In this document: piece by piece, positions 9,563 through 19,404 of the stretch
Layout: every line of letters begins with the position of its first letter
Numbering within the stretch: position 1 is the stretch's first letter
Assembly: GCA_041690295.1 (NCBI GenBank)
Contig: JAWLHR010000006.1
Location: 83,151-147,150 of the forward strand
Source: Bdellovibrionales bacterium
GTDB lineage: Bacteria; Bdellovibrionota; Bdellovibrionia; Bdellovibrionales; UBA1609
Direction: 5' to 3'
DNA: 64,000 nt
Notes under the pieces: generated by a model
What the model was told of the DNA's origin: nothing
What the model saw: the letters and a program-made list of their open reading frames with translations, nothing else
Database searches by the model: none
Position numbers and translations under genes: made by a program

Positions 9563-10599
9563 TACCGGCAATTGTGGGCGGCGACGGAATATTTGCTGCC
9601 GAGCTCTTTGTTGCCTTTTTGTTTAAGGCGGGAGGCGGCGGTGTGAAATGTGTCACCGACCGTGGGATCGCCTTTGCAGGCGGCGATGAAGTGATTGAGC
9701 GCTTGCGCTTCATTTCCAGATTCATAAAGTGATTGGGCAAGCCCGAAATGCGAGCGCGCGGAATCCGATTTGGCTTTCACCGCCGCTTTGAAATAACGGC
9801 TCGATACGGCGTAATTCTTTTTGCGAAAGAACAAGGTGCCGGCCGCCCATTGCACGAATTCGGATTTGGGGAACATCTTCGCCGCTTTGACCGCCAGGCG
9901 CTCGGCTTTCACGTCATCTTTTTGATCCTTCTTATCGAGTAAAGACTGGATGAGATAAACATAATGATCCGGATAGTTCGGCGAGAGTTCGATGCTTTTC
10001 GAGCAGTTCTCAATGGCCTGGACGATGAACCCGTCATTCGAATCGATGCGGCAGAGTTCGCGGTAAAGTTCGGGGCGCTCACCGAAATGTTTGATTCCCT
10101 CAAGAAGCAGTTCGCGGGCTTCATTATGGGTTTTCTGTTGTAAGAAAGTTTTCAACAAAAGATCGAACGCGGGTTTGTATCTTGGTTGCAGCTTTAAAAC
10201 TCTTCTCAAGCGTTGAATTCCCGACGTGATCAGGCTTTCGTGTCGTTCAAGATCGGTGGTTAAGTTGGCCTGCTTCAAGTAAGCGTGGGCGAGAAGCATA
10301 TGCCACTCATAATTTTCCTCATCACGATTCGCCATCATGGTGAGAACCCGCACCTCATTGGCGTGATCCTTTAGATTGGAATAAGCGAAGGCCAATGCGC
10401 GGATCCCGTCACCCTTCAGCTGATCGGTGTAGGGATTGAGCAGCTCGACCACTTCCTTGAACTTATTCTGACTTAATCGGATTTCCGCGAGCCGAAGTCT
10501 CGCGTGAACGTTATCCGGATTGCTGGCGATGAGTTTCTCCAGCTGCGCGTCGGTCTGAGCGAACGCCATGAGAGAGAAAATCAAGTAAACAAAAGCCAT
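9562..10599 (-). CDS. Secreted tetratricopeptide repeat protein
   Basis: Signal peptide (AFA-Q); multiple TPR-like helical repeats. Confidence 0.85.
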   Translation of the reverse strand: MAFVYLIFSLMAFAQTDAQLEKLIASNPDNVHARLRLAEIRLSQNKFKEVVELLNPYTDQLKGDGIRALAFAYSNLKDHANEVRVLTMMANRDEENYEWHMLLAHAYLKQANLTTDLERHESLITSGIQRLRRVLKLQPRYKPAFDLLLKTFLQQKTHNEARELLLEGIKHFGERPELYRELCRIDSNDGFIVQAIENCSKSIELSPNYPDHYVYLIQSLLDKKDQKDDVKAERLAVKAAKMFPKSEFVQWAAGTLFFRKKNYAVSSRYFKAAVKAKSDSARSHFGLAQSLYESGNEAQALNHFIAACKGDPTVGDTFHTAASRLKQKGNKELGSKYSVAAHNCR

Positions 10600-10642
10600 T
10601 AGCTCATCCTATGCTGCAACGCGCTCTATGCGCAAGTCCAGG

Positions 10643-11188
10643 TCACTGGCTGGGTGGAGATTCGCGAACCGACTGACTGTTTTCAGATGTGGAAGTGGGA
10701 GCAGCAGGACTTGAAGCGTCAGACGACGTTGTTGAGGACGATGCGGGCATTCGCGTCGGCGGAGGCAGAAAAGCATCTTGCCGTTTCGCGGGCGAAAATG
10801 AAATCGCGGGATGATTGGAGTTCGCATTGAGATATGATGAAAACGAAATTTTCTTTCGCGCGGCTTGTTTGGACCGAGCGCGTTTGCCAGTTTCTTTTTC
10901 TCCATCGGCAAGAGCCGGCGCCTCTTCGCTCGAGCTCGCGGCCTCGGTGACAGGTTCAGTGGATTCACCGCAGATGGGAAGATCAGCGTCATCAAGGGCG
11001 AATGAAGCGCCTTTTTTGCGGCATTTTTTCTTCACGACCTTCTTTTTCTTGGGCTTTTCACCGCAAAGATCCGGGCGAATTTCACAGATTTCATCCGTGG
11101 TCACGGCGGAATTCGGTTTTTCCGCCCAACCGACGCTGGCAAGTAAGAATGTTGAAGTCACGGCCAACAATTTAAACATAATCATCAC
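10643..11188 (-). CDS. Hypothetical secreted low-complexity protein
   Basis: Signal peptide; overlaps the stop of the upstream ORF. Confidence 0.6.
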   Translation of the reverse strand: MMIMFKLLAVTSTFLLASVGWAEKPNSAVTTDEICEIRPDLCGEKPKKKKVVKKKCRKKGASFALDDADLPICGESTEPVTEAASSSEEAPALADGEKETGKRARSKQAARKKISFSSYLNANSNHPAISFSPAKRQDAFLPPPTRMPASSSTTSSDASSPAAPTSTSENSQSVRESPPSQ

Positions 11189-11958
11189 CGCGAAGCTGCG
11201 GCGGGATCATACGAAGTGGAAATCCCACCGGGACCACCGCCGGATACATTGGATAAACCGGGGGTAATCACATTGTTATTCGAGCCACCCATCGAACTGG
11301 AACCACCAGCGCCGCCGGAGGAGCCAAGCAGCGAAATTCCCGTGGAAGTGCCGGTGTTCGCCGGATTGCGAATCGTGCGATTGGCCGGCGGAGCGATGAC
11401 GCCGACATTGGCGTTCGCGGCCAGGTATTGATCATAAGAGACCGACGACGGCGAGGAATTCACGGTCGCGGTGGAAAACCGATTGTTCACGCTGGACGCG
11501 ATGGACGCGGGCAAAGTCACCGAGGAGCTTCCGTTAGAGCAGGTTAATTCGGCGCCGTTCGGCACGCATTGCGAAGAACCGAATTTATTCATCAAGGCCA
11601 ATTTGGCGATATTCAATTTTTGTTGTTTAAAAGCGGCCTCGAATTGGGCGCGGCTCATTTGCGGATTGGCGCGACGGAAATCGCGGCGGGCTTGCGCCAT
11701 GATTCTTTTGGTTTCCGCTTTCCCGAAGGTGGCGTTCATGGTTCTGGCCAGATCCCGAACCGACGTAGTTTTTGTGGAATTTGGTTGAATCACTTGGACC
11801 GGCTGGTTGGGCGTGCTTTGTTGAAATTCCTGCTCGGCAACGTTGGAGTTTTCGGCGCCTTTGTTACACATTGCTTTGAACTCACCGGCCGTCGCGTGAA
11901 TGGAGCCCACAGCGATTCCCATCAGAGCTAAGGCCTGAATTGAGAATTTGGCAGCCAT
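11185..11958 (-). CDS. Hypothetical secreted protein with Gly/Ser-rich C-terminus
   Basis: GGAGGGG RBS; signal peptide. Confidence 0.75.
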   Translation of the reverse strand: MAAKFSIQALALMGIAVGSIHATAGEFKAMCNKGAENSNVAEQEFQQSTPNQPVQVIQPNSTKTTSVRDLARTMNATFGKAETKRIMAQARRDFRRANPQMSRAQFEAAFKQQKLNIAKLALMNKFGSSQCVPNGAELTCSNGSSSVTLPASIASSVNNRFSTATVNSSPSSVSYDQYLAANANVGVIAPPANRTIRNPANTGTSTGISLLGSSGGAGGSSSMGGSNNNVITPGLSNVSGGGPGGISTSYDPAAASR

Positions 11959-12084
11959 GCTTTTCCCCCTCCGTTAACTCTTATCTTCATTATTCCGATG
12001 CAAATTAAGAGGCGCAATAGATCAAACAAGGACTGGATGAGTGTCGATAATCCGTTCATTTGTTTGATCGCAAGTCAGGCATGA

Positions 12085-12099
12085 GTCTCAAAATGAGAC
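12085..12099. promoter_or_regulatory. Palindromic protein-binding site GTCTCA-AAA-TGAGAC (candidate enhancer)
   Basis: Perfect 6-3-6 palindrome about 75 bp upstream of a sigma54-like promoter. Confidence 0.55.
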
Positions 12100-12173
12100 A
12101 GCGACGGTGACGTTTCGTGCCCGCACCTGTCGAAAATGTCGGCGGCCATGAGCAAAAGAAACGGGCGCCCCGC

Positions 12174-12189
12174 TGGCATAAACCTCGCT
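12174..12189 (+). promoter_or_regulatory. sigma54 -24/-12 promoter
   Basis: TGGCATAAACCTCGCT (GG-N10-GC), 25 bp upstream of ATG 12214. Confidence 0.6.
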
Positions 12190-12213
12190 CTTAGTACGGG
12201 AAGGGAGGGATGC

Positions 12214-12933
12214 ATGAGCCAAGACCAGAATCCAAATAACGTGATTCAGTTTCCGGGTCGCCGTAAAGAATCGCCGGATAAGCCGGTGGCTCCGCAATCC
12301 TCCAAGACCGCGGCCAAAGAAGACGCGCGCCCACGTAAGAAACAATCCAAAAAAACACTTCTCGGAAGCGCGCTGGCCGTGATTCTCGCCACGGGCGCGG
12401 TGAATCGCTTTGTGTTCGAAACACCCGTGCATTCAATGGAATTCACCTCACAGGTTTCCGAATCCGCGGGCCGCGGCATCGCCAGCGTTGATCGCCGTGT
12501 CTGGCACCGGGACGCCCAATGGGAAAAAGAACTTGCCGAAAAACTCGCTTCACCCAAAGTTCGCGTGATCGCCTCTGAAAGCATCGGCCGCCAGGCCACC
12601 ATGGCGGAAAAACTCCGCTGGGGCATTCTCGAGGAAAAATACACGATCGTTTACCGTACCGAATCACCGGGAATTCAATCCATCTTCCTTCAAGACACGA
12701 GCAGCGAGCCGTCTTATATCCGTGATCGTGAAAAGTTCCTGCGTGAATTCGGATCGCTTTTCGAAGTGAATTTCGCCGCCGCCCGACTGAAGTCGGTGGA
12801 GACCAACCCGGAAAAAACGGTGGAATCCTACACGCTTTATGACGAGAACGAGCGGCCCGCCAGCGAAGCTCGTTTTGAACTTGATCGGTTCAAACGTCTG
12901 ATCTCGCTCAAAGTCGAGCCCGTCCAGATATAA
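12214..12933 (+). CDS. Hypothetical single-pass membrane protein
   Basis: GGGAGG RBS; 'NVIQFP' N-terminus, one TM segment, 'GRGIAS' motif. Confidence 0.8.
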   Translation: MSQDQNPNNVIQFPGRRKESPDKPVAPQSSKTAAKEDARPRKKQSKKTLLGSALAVILATGAVNRFVFETPVHSMEFTSQVSESAGRGIASVDRRVWHRDAQWEKELAEKLASPKVRVIASESIGRQATMAEKLRWGILEEKYTIVYRTESPGIQSIFLQDTSSEPSYIRDREKFLREFGSLFEVNFAAARLKSVETNPEKTVESYTLYDENERPASEARFELDRFKRLISLKVEPVQI

Positions 12934-12935
12934 CA

Positions 12936-12962
12936 TCATTATTTCGAATATTTAGCCGATAA
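12936..12962 (+). promoter_or_regulatory. sigma28-like promoter
   Basis: TCAT-N15-GCCGATAA upstream of ATG 12971. Confidence 0.55.
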
Positions 12963-12970
12963 GTCCAATT

Positions 12971-14842
12971 ATGGTCATACCGGATTGGACGACCCGTCCA
13001 CCCGCAGCTAAACGCGAAGTGCTTTTGACGGAAGAGCCGCCGTTGCGTTTGGCCCGCCCGCTGGATCGCTTGGGTGCCGCCATCATCGATGTCGCGATTT
13101 TTCTTGTTCCGGTTTACCTGCTTTTGAGCGCCCCGTTGAAGCGCGATCTCACCATGAGTTTCATTCTTGGGTCGGAGCCGGACTTCATGATCGTGGCGCT
13201 TTCAATGTTCATGGTTGGCGCGGCTTTGCTGCTGTCCTATCAGACGATCTGCCATTACTTTTTCGGCGCCACGCTTGGAAAAAAGATTTTCGATCTCAGA
13301 GTTGAGCCCATGTTCGCGGGCGAACAGCTCACCGTTTGGGACCATGGTCTGCGATCGTTCTTGTGGTTGATTGAAATGCTTTGTTTTGGATTGCCTTGGC
13401 TCGCGGTGTTCAGCAATTCCAAACGTCGCCCCATGCATGATCGCATTTGCGATACCGTGGTCGTGACAAGATCACCCGCGGGCGTGGCCGCTCCTCATCT
13501 CTGGGAGCGGCATTTGGTTCGCGCCTTCTTCGCCTTCTTGCTCGGTATTTTCGCGTTGATCGTCACCATCCAAGTCAGTTATTCGATTCGTAACTTGCGC
13601 GCCGAGAGAGCTTTGGCTTCAATCGTGGAACGTGATCTCGGCGATTGTGAAGTCGTGAGCGAGGCCGTGGGTTCGGTGGATGAGGACTCGCACGCCCGAT
13701 TGAAAAAAGCGATGACTCTTTACGCCGCGGGTCTCGCGGATCGTTCCTGTTTGGAATCGGAAGTGGAAGGCGAGATCGCGCGCCAAGTGCCGGTGGCACC
13801 GATCACTTATCTTTCCCAAGCCTTCATTTACGCTGATGAAGCGGAAATTTCGAATTCCTATTTGGACGAAGTTTGTGAAATGGCGCCGGGAACTGTTGAG
13901 TGCGCCATGAGCCAGCTGGTGACCAGTTGGTCGGATGAGGACTGGGAATCGGTCGGCCGTATTTTACAATCCGCGCCCAAAGGCAGTGGGTATATGGAAG
14001 TTTGGGCCCTTCGCCATTACATGAAGCAGGCCCAGTACGCGCAAGCGCTCGAAACACTCGATGAGCTGCTCGCCCACCGGGAGATCGCCGAGTTCACTTT
14101 GGTTCAGCGCGTGAAGGCTCTCTTCAATGCCTATCGTGAAGCCGAGGCCACCGCCGCTTATCAACAAGCCATTTTGACATTGCCCGAAGATCAGGCCGGT
14201 GATCTCGGGGCTTGGATGTGCTCGCAACAACTGCAAAGAAGCTGTTCGGCGCGCACCGGAGTGGCGTGCCGGCAAACCCTTCCGAATGAATTGACACCCG
14301 AAATTGATTTCTCGTATTCCGCGCGAGCTTTAGCCAGCGTGCTTTCGCTGGAGTGTTTGGCGGAGAAGGAAATCGACTACGCCCGTTTCGTGGATGAGGT
14401 CAATGACAGCAGTTGGAAATTGTTTTTCCAAGCCAACATGAACCGCGCGCGGGGAGACCGTCTGGCCGCCGGCGAGCTGTTCGCGAAACTCATGGGTTCG
14501 GAACAAGCTCCCGATCTTTTGCGGATCGAAGCGGCTCGACGTTGGGTTTCGTTCGCGCCACGGGCGCAAATGGAACGGGTGGTGGAGTCCTGGATGAAGT
14601 TCAAGCCACGCGAGGCTTGGGTGAAAATCGGCAACTTCCTGTTTGAACGGCTGGCCGAGACTAAAAATTCGGAGCTGGCGATCAAAGTGGCCACGCAACT
14701 CGCGGAAGATGAATCACTGTCACCGCTGGCGGCCAAGTTCCTCGCCTCGCTAAGCGAAGGCGAACGCGAAACTGTTCGTCGTCCGGCCCAGGCCAAAGAG
14801 CCGGTTCGGGAAATGCTGGAGTCCACGGAGGAGAGTCCGTGA
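12971..14842 (+). CDS. RDD family membrane protein with large helical C-terminal domain
   Basis: 'RLGAAIID', 'GATLGKKIFDLRV', 'RRPMHDRICDTVVV'. Confidence 0.85.
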   Translation: MVIPDWTTRPPAAKREVLLTEEPPLRLARPLDRLGAAIIDVAIFLVPVYLLLSAPLKRDLTMSFILGSEPDFMIVALSMFMVGAALLLSYQTICHYFFGATLGKKIFDLRVEPMFAGEQLTVWDHGLRSFLWLIEMLCFGLPWLAVFSNSKRRPMHDRICDTVVVTRSPAGVAAPHLWERHLVRAFFAFLLGIFALIVTIQVSYSIRNLRAERALASIVERDLGDCEVVSEAVGSVDEDSHARLKKAMTLYAAGLADRSCLESEVEGEIARQVPVAPITYLSQAFIYADEAEISNSYLDEVCEMAPGTVECAMSQLVTSWSDEDWESVGRILQSAPKGSGYMEVWALRHYMKQAQYAQALETLDELLAHREIAEFTLVQRVKALFNAYREAEATAAYQQAILTLPEDQAGDLGAWMCSQQLQRSCSARTGVACRQTLPNELTPEIDFSYSARALASVLSLECLAEKEIDYARFVDEVNDSSWKLFFQANMNRARGDRLAAGELFAKLMGSEQAPDLLRIEAARRWVSFAPRAQMERVVESWMKFKPREAWVKIGNFLFERLAETKNSELAIKVATQLAEDESLSPLAAKFLASLSEGERETVRRPAQAKEPVREMLESTEESP

Positions 14843-15876
14843 TTTTTCCGATCCTTCAGGGTTTGGTCAGTTGGCGAAAAGCGCCGATCTCATGGACTCT
14901 GGTGGCGCTGAATATTCTCATGTTGATCTACACTTCGGTGGCCGGCCGGAAAGCGCAAGAAGGTCTGGAAAGCCTCATGAGTGGAAAATATTTTTTAACC
15001 ACTCAGGGTCGCATTTACGCCCAATTCGTTGATCGCGCGGGTTACAAAGCGGATTATCCGCCGTTTCTGCGCGCGCTCGCCGAAAAGGTCGATCACGGTG
15101 AAGTGGGACGCGCCGAAATGCTGGGGCATCTGGCGTTTCGTGATCTCAACTTCTTGAATTCCGCCGATCGGTTTCAATACGAGGGCGATCAAGTGGCCTT
15201 TCGCTATTGGCAAAAACGCATTGAAGACGTGCGGCTCTTTCAAAGCGAGCATCCCAGCTTCACTTTGGGTTTGAACGCGGAAGACACGAGTCTTGCGAAA
15301 TGGGTGTCATATATTTTCGTTCACAGCGGAGCGCTCCATCTTCTCGGCAATATGTTTTTTCTTTTCATTTTCGGCTCGGCGCTTGAGCGGCAAATCGGTG
15401 GTTTGGGTGTGTTGGTGGTGTTTCTATTGTCCGGGGTCTTCGCCGCGGGCGTCTTCGCCACCATGACCGGGGTCACCAGTTCGCCTTTGGTCGGCGCGAG
15501 CGGCGCCGTGAGCGGAGTCATGGCTCTTTATTGTTTTCTCAACTGGAATCGCGCGGAGCGGTTTTTTTATTGGTTTCTGTTACCGTTCCGCGGATATATG
15601 GGTTTTGTTTATCTCCCCGCGTGGGTGGCGCTGATTCTTTGGGGCCTCAATGATCTCGCGGGATATTTGGGGACTTTACCAGAAATGGGTGGGGTCGCTT
15701 ACACGGCTCACTTGGGTGGTGAACTCGCGGGCTTGATCATCGGCGGAGTGCTTTGGCTCAAGCGGCGCCAGTGGCCGCTTTTCCCGCGTGAAGAACAAAG
15801 TCCGCCGATGGGTAAGCTTTTTCCCTTGCTTCCCCCGAAACCGATCACTCGTTCGGAACAAAACCGCGCCGCATAG
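14839..15876 (+). CDS. Rhomboid family intramembrane serine protease
   Basis: 'HSGALHLLGNM', 'GASGAVSG' (Ser), 'AHLGG' (His). Confidence 0.92.
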   Translation: MIFPILQGLVSWRKAPISWTLVALNILMLIYTSVAGRKAQEGLESLMSGKYFLTTQGRIYAQFVDRAGYKADYPPFLRALAEKVDHGEVGRAEMLGHLAFRDLNFLNSADRFQYEGDQVAFRYWQKRIEDVRLFQSEHPSFTLGLNAEDTSLAKWVSYIFVHSGALHLLGNMFFLFIFGSALERQIGGLGVLVVFLLSGVFAAGVFATMTGVTSSPLVGASGAVSGVMALYCFLNWNRAERFFYWFLLPFRGYMGFVYLPAWVALILWGLNDLAGYLGTLPEMGGVAYTAHLGGELAGLIIGGVLWLKRRQWPLFPREEQSPPMGKLFPLLPPKPITRSEQNRAA

Positions 15877-18796
15877 TGTTTTCAGTCACCACTCGCGGTT
15901 CCACATACTGCAAAAGATAATCAGGTCCACCGGTCTTGCTGCCAAGTCCGGAGAGTTTGAATCCACCGAACGGATGCCGTTCCACCAACGCGCCTGTGAT
16001 TCCGCGGTTGATGTAAACGTTGCCCGCTTCATACTCGCGTTTCACGCGTTCGATGGTGGCCGGGCTTCGCGAATAAAGACCACCGGTCAAGGCATACTCC
16101 GTGGAGTTCGCGATCTTTAAGGCTTCATCCATGTCCTTGGCCTTGATCACGGCGAGAACCGGACCAAAGATTTCTTTTTGCGCCACATCCGAATTGGGAT
16201 CGACGTCACGGAAAATCGTGGGGGCGACATAATAACCGCCGGGCGGCGCTTGTCCCTCAAACGCCACGCTCGCGTAAGTTTTCGCCGAGGCGATCATGCC
16301 GTTGATTCGATTCCAAGCTTCTTCATCGATCACCGGTCCGAGATACGAGCGTGGATCTTCGGCGGGCCCCACGTGCAAGCTTCGGGCGGCCTCGATCAAT
16401 CTTTCCAAGAAGCGATCGTAAATGGACTCAAGTGCGATCACCCGGCTTCCAGCCGAGCATTTTTGCCCTTGGAATCCGAAGGCGGAATAAATCACACCGG
16501 CCACCGCTTCATCCAAGTCGGCGTCCGAATCAATGATAATGGCGTTTTTGCCGCCGAGTTCAGCGATGACTTTTTTGATGTGATGCTGACCTTCATGAAC
16601 CACGGCCGCTTTTTGCAGGATGCTCAAACCCACTGCTTTTGATCCGGTGAAGGCGATCATGGCGACATCTTTATGGTTCACCAGATATTCGCCGATTTCT
16701 TCGCCGTAGCCGGGAACAAAGTGCACGCAATCGTGCGGAAAGCCCACGTCCATCATCATCCGCATGAGATCATAGCCGGTGATGGAACTTTGTTCAGCGG
16801 GTTTCATCACCACCGTGTTGCCGGTGACCAGCGCCGCCGTCACCATTCCGGTCAAAATCGCCAGCGGAAAATTCCACGGCGAAATCACCGTGACCACGCC
16901 TCTGGGTTGATAGTGATAAAGGCTCACTTCGCCGGGAACATTACCCACGCGCCGGGGTGCGCTCATGGTGGCTCGGGCTTGTAGAGCGTAATATCGGCAA
17001 AAATCGATGGCTTCGGCCACGTCACCGTCCGCTTCGCGCCAACCTTTACCGCATTCATAAACCTGAAGAGCGGCCAGACGGAATCGTTCCTTTTGCATTC
17101 GATCCGCGAGGGCCTCAAGCAGGCGTGCGCGCTCTTCCACTGTCCGGCGTGACCATGAGGCGAAGCCGGCCTTGGCGGCTTGAACCGCGGCTTCGGCTTC
17201 TTTGACTCCCGCCACGGAAACGGTGCCGACGTTTTCAGTGAATTGGCTGGGGTTCATCCGGTCGAGAGTGCGGTCGGTGTGAATGGGTTTTCCATTGATC
17301 ACGATCGGGTAAGTCTTGCCGAAATTCTGCCGCCAGGCTTTGAGCGCGGCGATCATATTCTCCCGCATGCCGGCGATCGCGAAGTCGGTGAGGGGTTCGT
17401 TATAAAACTCACCCGGTCGGCGAATGGGATCCCCATCGGAATTCACCAGTCCTTCGAGCGGATTTTTCAGCAGCACATCGGCGCTCATGTTTTCGGCGAA
17501 TTTCGATCGCAAAAACGATTCATTGGACGTGTTTTCCAGCAACCGGCGCACGAGATAAGCCATACCGGGAATCAATTCGCCGATCGTGGCGTACTCGCGC
17601 ACGCGATGACCGTCGCGAACCAAAGTGCGTTTGATGGGATCGGCCATCCCGTAAAGCATTTGAATTTCCAGCGCGCGTTTATCGAGGCCTTTGGCTTCGG
17701 CATACGCGATCGCCGCGGAAATGGAGCGGATATTGTGGGATCCGACGGCTAAACGAATATGGGGATAGGCATCGATCAAGCGCTTGGCGCAGATTTCGAA
17801 ATTCGCGTCAGATTCTTTCTTGTTGAGGAAAACCGGAATCTTCCAGCCTTTTTGTCGCGCGAGAACGGTTTCGTAATCCCAGTACGCGCCTTTCACCAAG
17901 CGGATCGTGAAAGGAACACCTCGTTTTTTGGCGAGATCAATCATGCGATCCACATCCGCCAGACAATCGCGCAAGTAGGCTTGAAGCACGATGCCCCAGT
18001 GCGGATAGGAGCGGAACTCGTCTTCCATGATCAAGTCGGAGAACGCCTGAAGGAGAAAATCCTTATGGACGTATTGCTCCATATCCAGATTGATGAACAC
18101 GTTTTTGGCCATGGCTTTACGGAAAACCAGGCGCAAACGCTCTTTCACCATGCGGAGTGAGGGTTCCCAAGCCGCTTCATCGATTTGTGAATAAAGCGCG
18201 GTGACTTTGACCGACACATTCACTTTGGGGATCGGGCCGCGTTCGTCCTCGTCGATTTGCGCGATGTGCTCCCAGTTGTTCGCGTCGTCGCTTAACCAGT
18301 CGATCAGTTCGAGGTAACGGGAAAGGTATTCTTCGGCTTCTTTTTCCGAAAGGGTCGCTTCACCCAGAAGATCCACCGTGAAGGTGATCTTGTTTTTGCG
18401 GGCTTTTTTAAGCGCCGGCAAAGCGTCTTGGGGTGTTTCGCCGGTGATGAACATCTTGGCCATTTGAGTGACGTTCTTACGAACCGCGCTTGCCATGATT
18501 CCAGGCGCCAGAGATCCCAGCCCCAAACCGAAATTAAAAACAGACGGGAGTTCGTCGCCGCTTTCCGCGAAATACTCCTTCAGGTGCTTGGCCACTTCAG
18601 AACTGGATTGCAGATAGGGGAGGACGTCGACGAATCGGAACATCTGCACTTTGAAATGCTCGTTCTTCATCGACCAATCCATGATCCGCCCATACCACCA
18701 GTCTTTGTTGAAAATGGACGTCGAATCGTTTTCCAGGGCTTTGAAAATGCGTTCGCCCGTTTGACGGACTGAATGCTCTAGTTCTTCGTTCTTCAT
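15845..18796 (-). CDS. putA: Bifunctional proline dehydrogenase / P5C (glutamate semialdehyde) dehydrogenase
   Basis: 'RLVKGAYWD', 'QMLYGM', 'YLVRRLLENTSN'; ALDH motifs 'PWNFPL', 'ELGGKN', 'GQKCSA', 'EIFGP'; no N-terminal RHH domain. Confidence 0.97.
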   Translation of the reverse strand: MKNEELEHSVRQTGERIFKALENDSTSIFNKDWWYGRIMDWSMKNEHFKVQMFRFVDVLPYLQSSSEVAKHLKEYFAESGDELPSVFNFGLGLGSLAPGIMASAVRKNVTQMAKMFITGETPQDALPALKKARKNKITFTVDLLGEATLSEKEAEEYLSRYLELIDWLSDDANNWEHIAQIDEDERGPIPKVNVSVKVTALYSQIDEAAWEPSLRMVKERLRLVFRKAMAKNVFINLDMEQYVHKDFLLQAFSDLIMEDEFRSYPHWGIVLQAYLRDCLADVDRMIDLAKKRGVPFTIRLVKGAYWDYETVLARQKGWKIPVFLNKKESDANFEICAKRLIDAYPHIRLAVGSHNIRSISAAIAYAEAKGLDKRALEIQMLYGMADPIKRTLVRDGHRVREYATIGELIPGMAYLVRRLLENTSNESFLRSKFAENMSADVLLKNPLEGLVNSDGDPIRRPGEFYNEPLTDFAIAGMRENMIAALKAWRQNFGKTYPIVINGKPIHTDRTLDRMNPSQFTENVGTVSVAGVKEAEAAVQAAKAGFASWSRRTVEERARLLEALADRMQKERFRLAALQVYECGKGWREADGDVAEAIDFCRYYALQARATMSAPRRVGNVPGEVSLYHYQPRGVVTVISPWNFPLAILTGMVTAALVTGNTVVMKPAEQSSITGYDLMRMMMDVGFPHDCVHFVPGYGEEIGEYLVNHKDVAMIAFTGSKAVGLSILQKAAVVHEGQHHIKKVIAELGGKNAIIIDSDADLDEAVAGVIYSAFGFQGQKCSAGSRVIALESIYDRFLERLIEAARSLHVGPAEDPRSYLGPVIDEEAWNRINGMIASAKTYASVAFEGQAPPGGYYVAPTIFRDVDPNSDVAQKEIFGPVLAVIKAKDMDEALKIANSTEYALTGGLYSRSPATIERVKREYEAGNVYINRGITGALVERHPFGGFKLSGLGSKTGGPDYLLQYVEPRVVTENTMRRGFVPNE

Positions 18797-18844
18797 GATG
18801 GAAACCTTGTACTCGGGGCTAACTCTCAGCGCAAGGCGAGAGGT

Positions 18845-19002
18845 GGGGAGGATCTCCTCCCCCCTTGTGACGGTGGGTTAATAGGTGGGTTGGGTGGCTC
18901 ATCAGGGTCCCACGACTGTGGTCGAGCCGGACTGTTGACAAGCACTATAGGCAATCCAGATACCAGCCTGTTCGGAGTCACTTTGTCCGGCGGCGGGGCC
19001 CT
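18845..19002. ncRNA. Candidate structured non-coding RNA or leader upstream of putA
   Basis: Nested stems AGGGTCCC/GGGGCCCT, GCCGGAC/GTCCGGC, TGAC/GTCA, AGGC/GCCT (18904-19002), plus GGGGAGGA/TCCTCCCC hairpin (18845-18862). Confidence 0.4.
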
Positions 19003-19360
19003 ACGTTTTTTATCGGGCTCCAGATGGGGAGTGCATTTTGGACCGAATCGGTTGCAAAATGACCCTGAGCATAAATGTAACTTATGTGTAAAACAGTATA
19101 TTGTAATTAAAATCGAACTGATTGAGTGCGTATATAATTGAAATTAATGCAGTGGCGGTGACCGTTTTCGGTAGCAGTTCACGGTTTTCCCGTGTCGCAT
19201 TTTTAAACACCGGGTTTTTTAAGCGTTTTCGCGGATTTAAGTCTCTTAATTTGGACAAGGCGAGAAAAGCTGTCGGGTTCTCCCACATTTAAGGGTGGAT
19301 GGCCTTTTCGGCAAAATTTTAATTCACAAGTAAATTCGAGTACTTGCGTATGATCCAGGC

Positions 19361-19375
19361 GGGCCTGGAGTTTGC
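19361..19375 (+). promoter_or_regulatory. sigma54-like promoter
   Basis: GGGCCTGGAGTTTGC (GG-N10-GC), followed by GAGGAGG RBS and TTG 19405. Confidence 0.5.
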
Positions 19376-19404
19376 CCTTATGTCCTTATCGAGGAGGACA
19401 TCTC

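Noticed and set aside
18819..18902. 27-codon uORF (MSHPTHLLTHRH...) as a proline attenuator peptide for putA
   Set aside because: No clear RBS, only scattered Pro codons, and no U-tract terminator.
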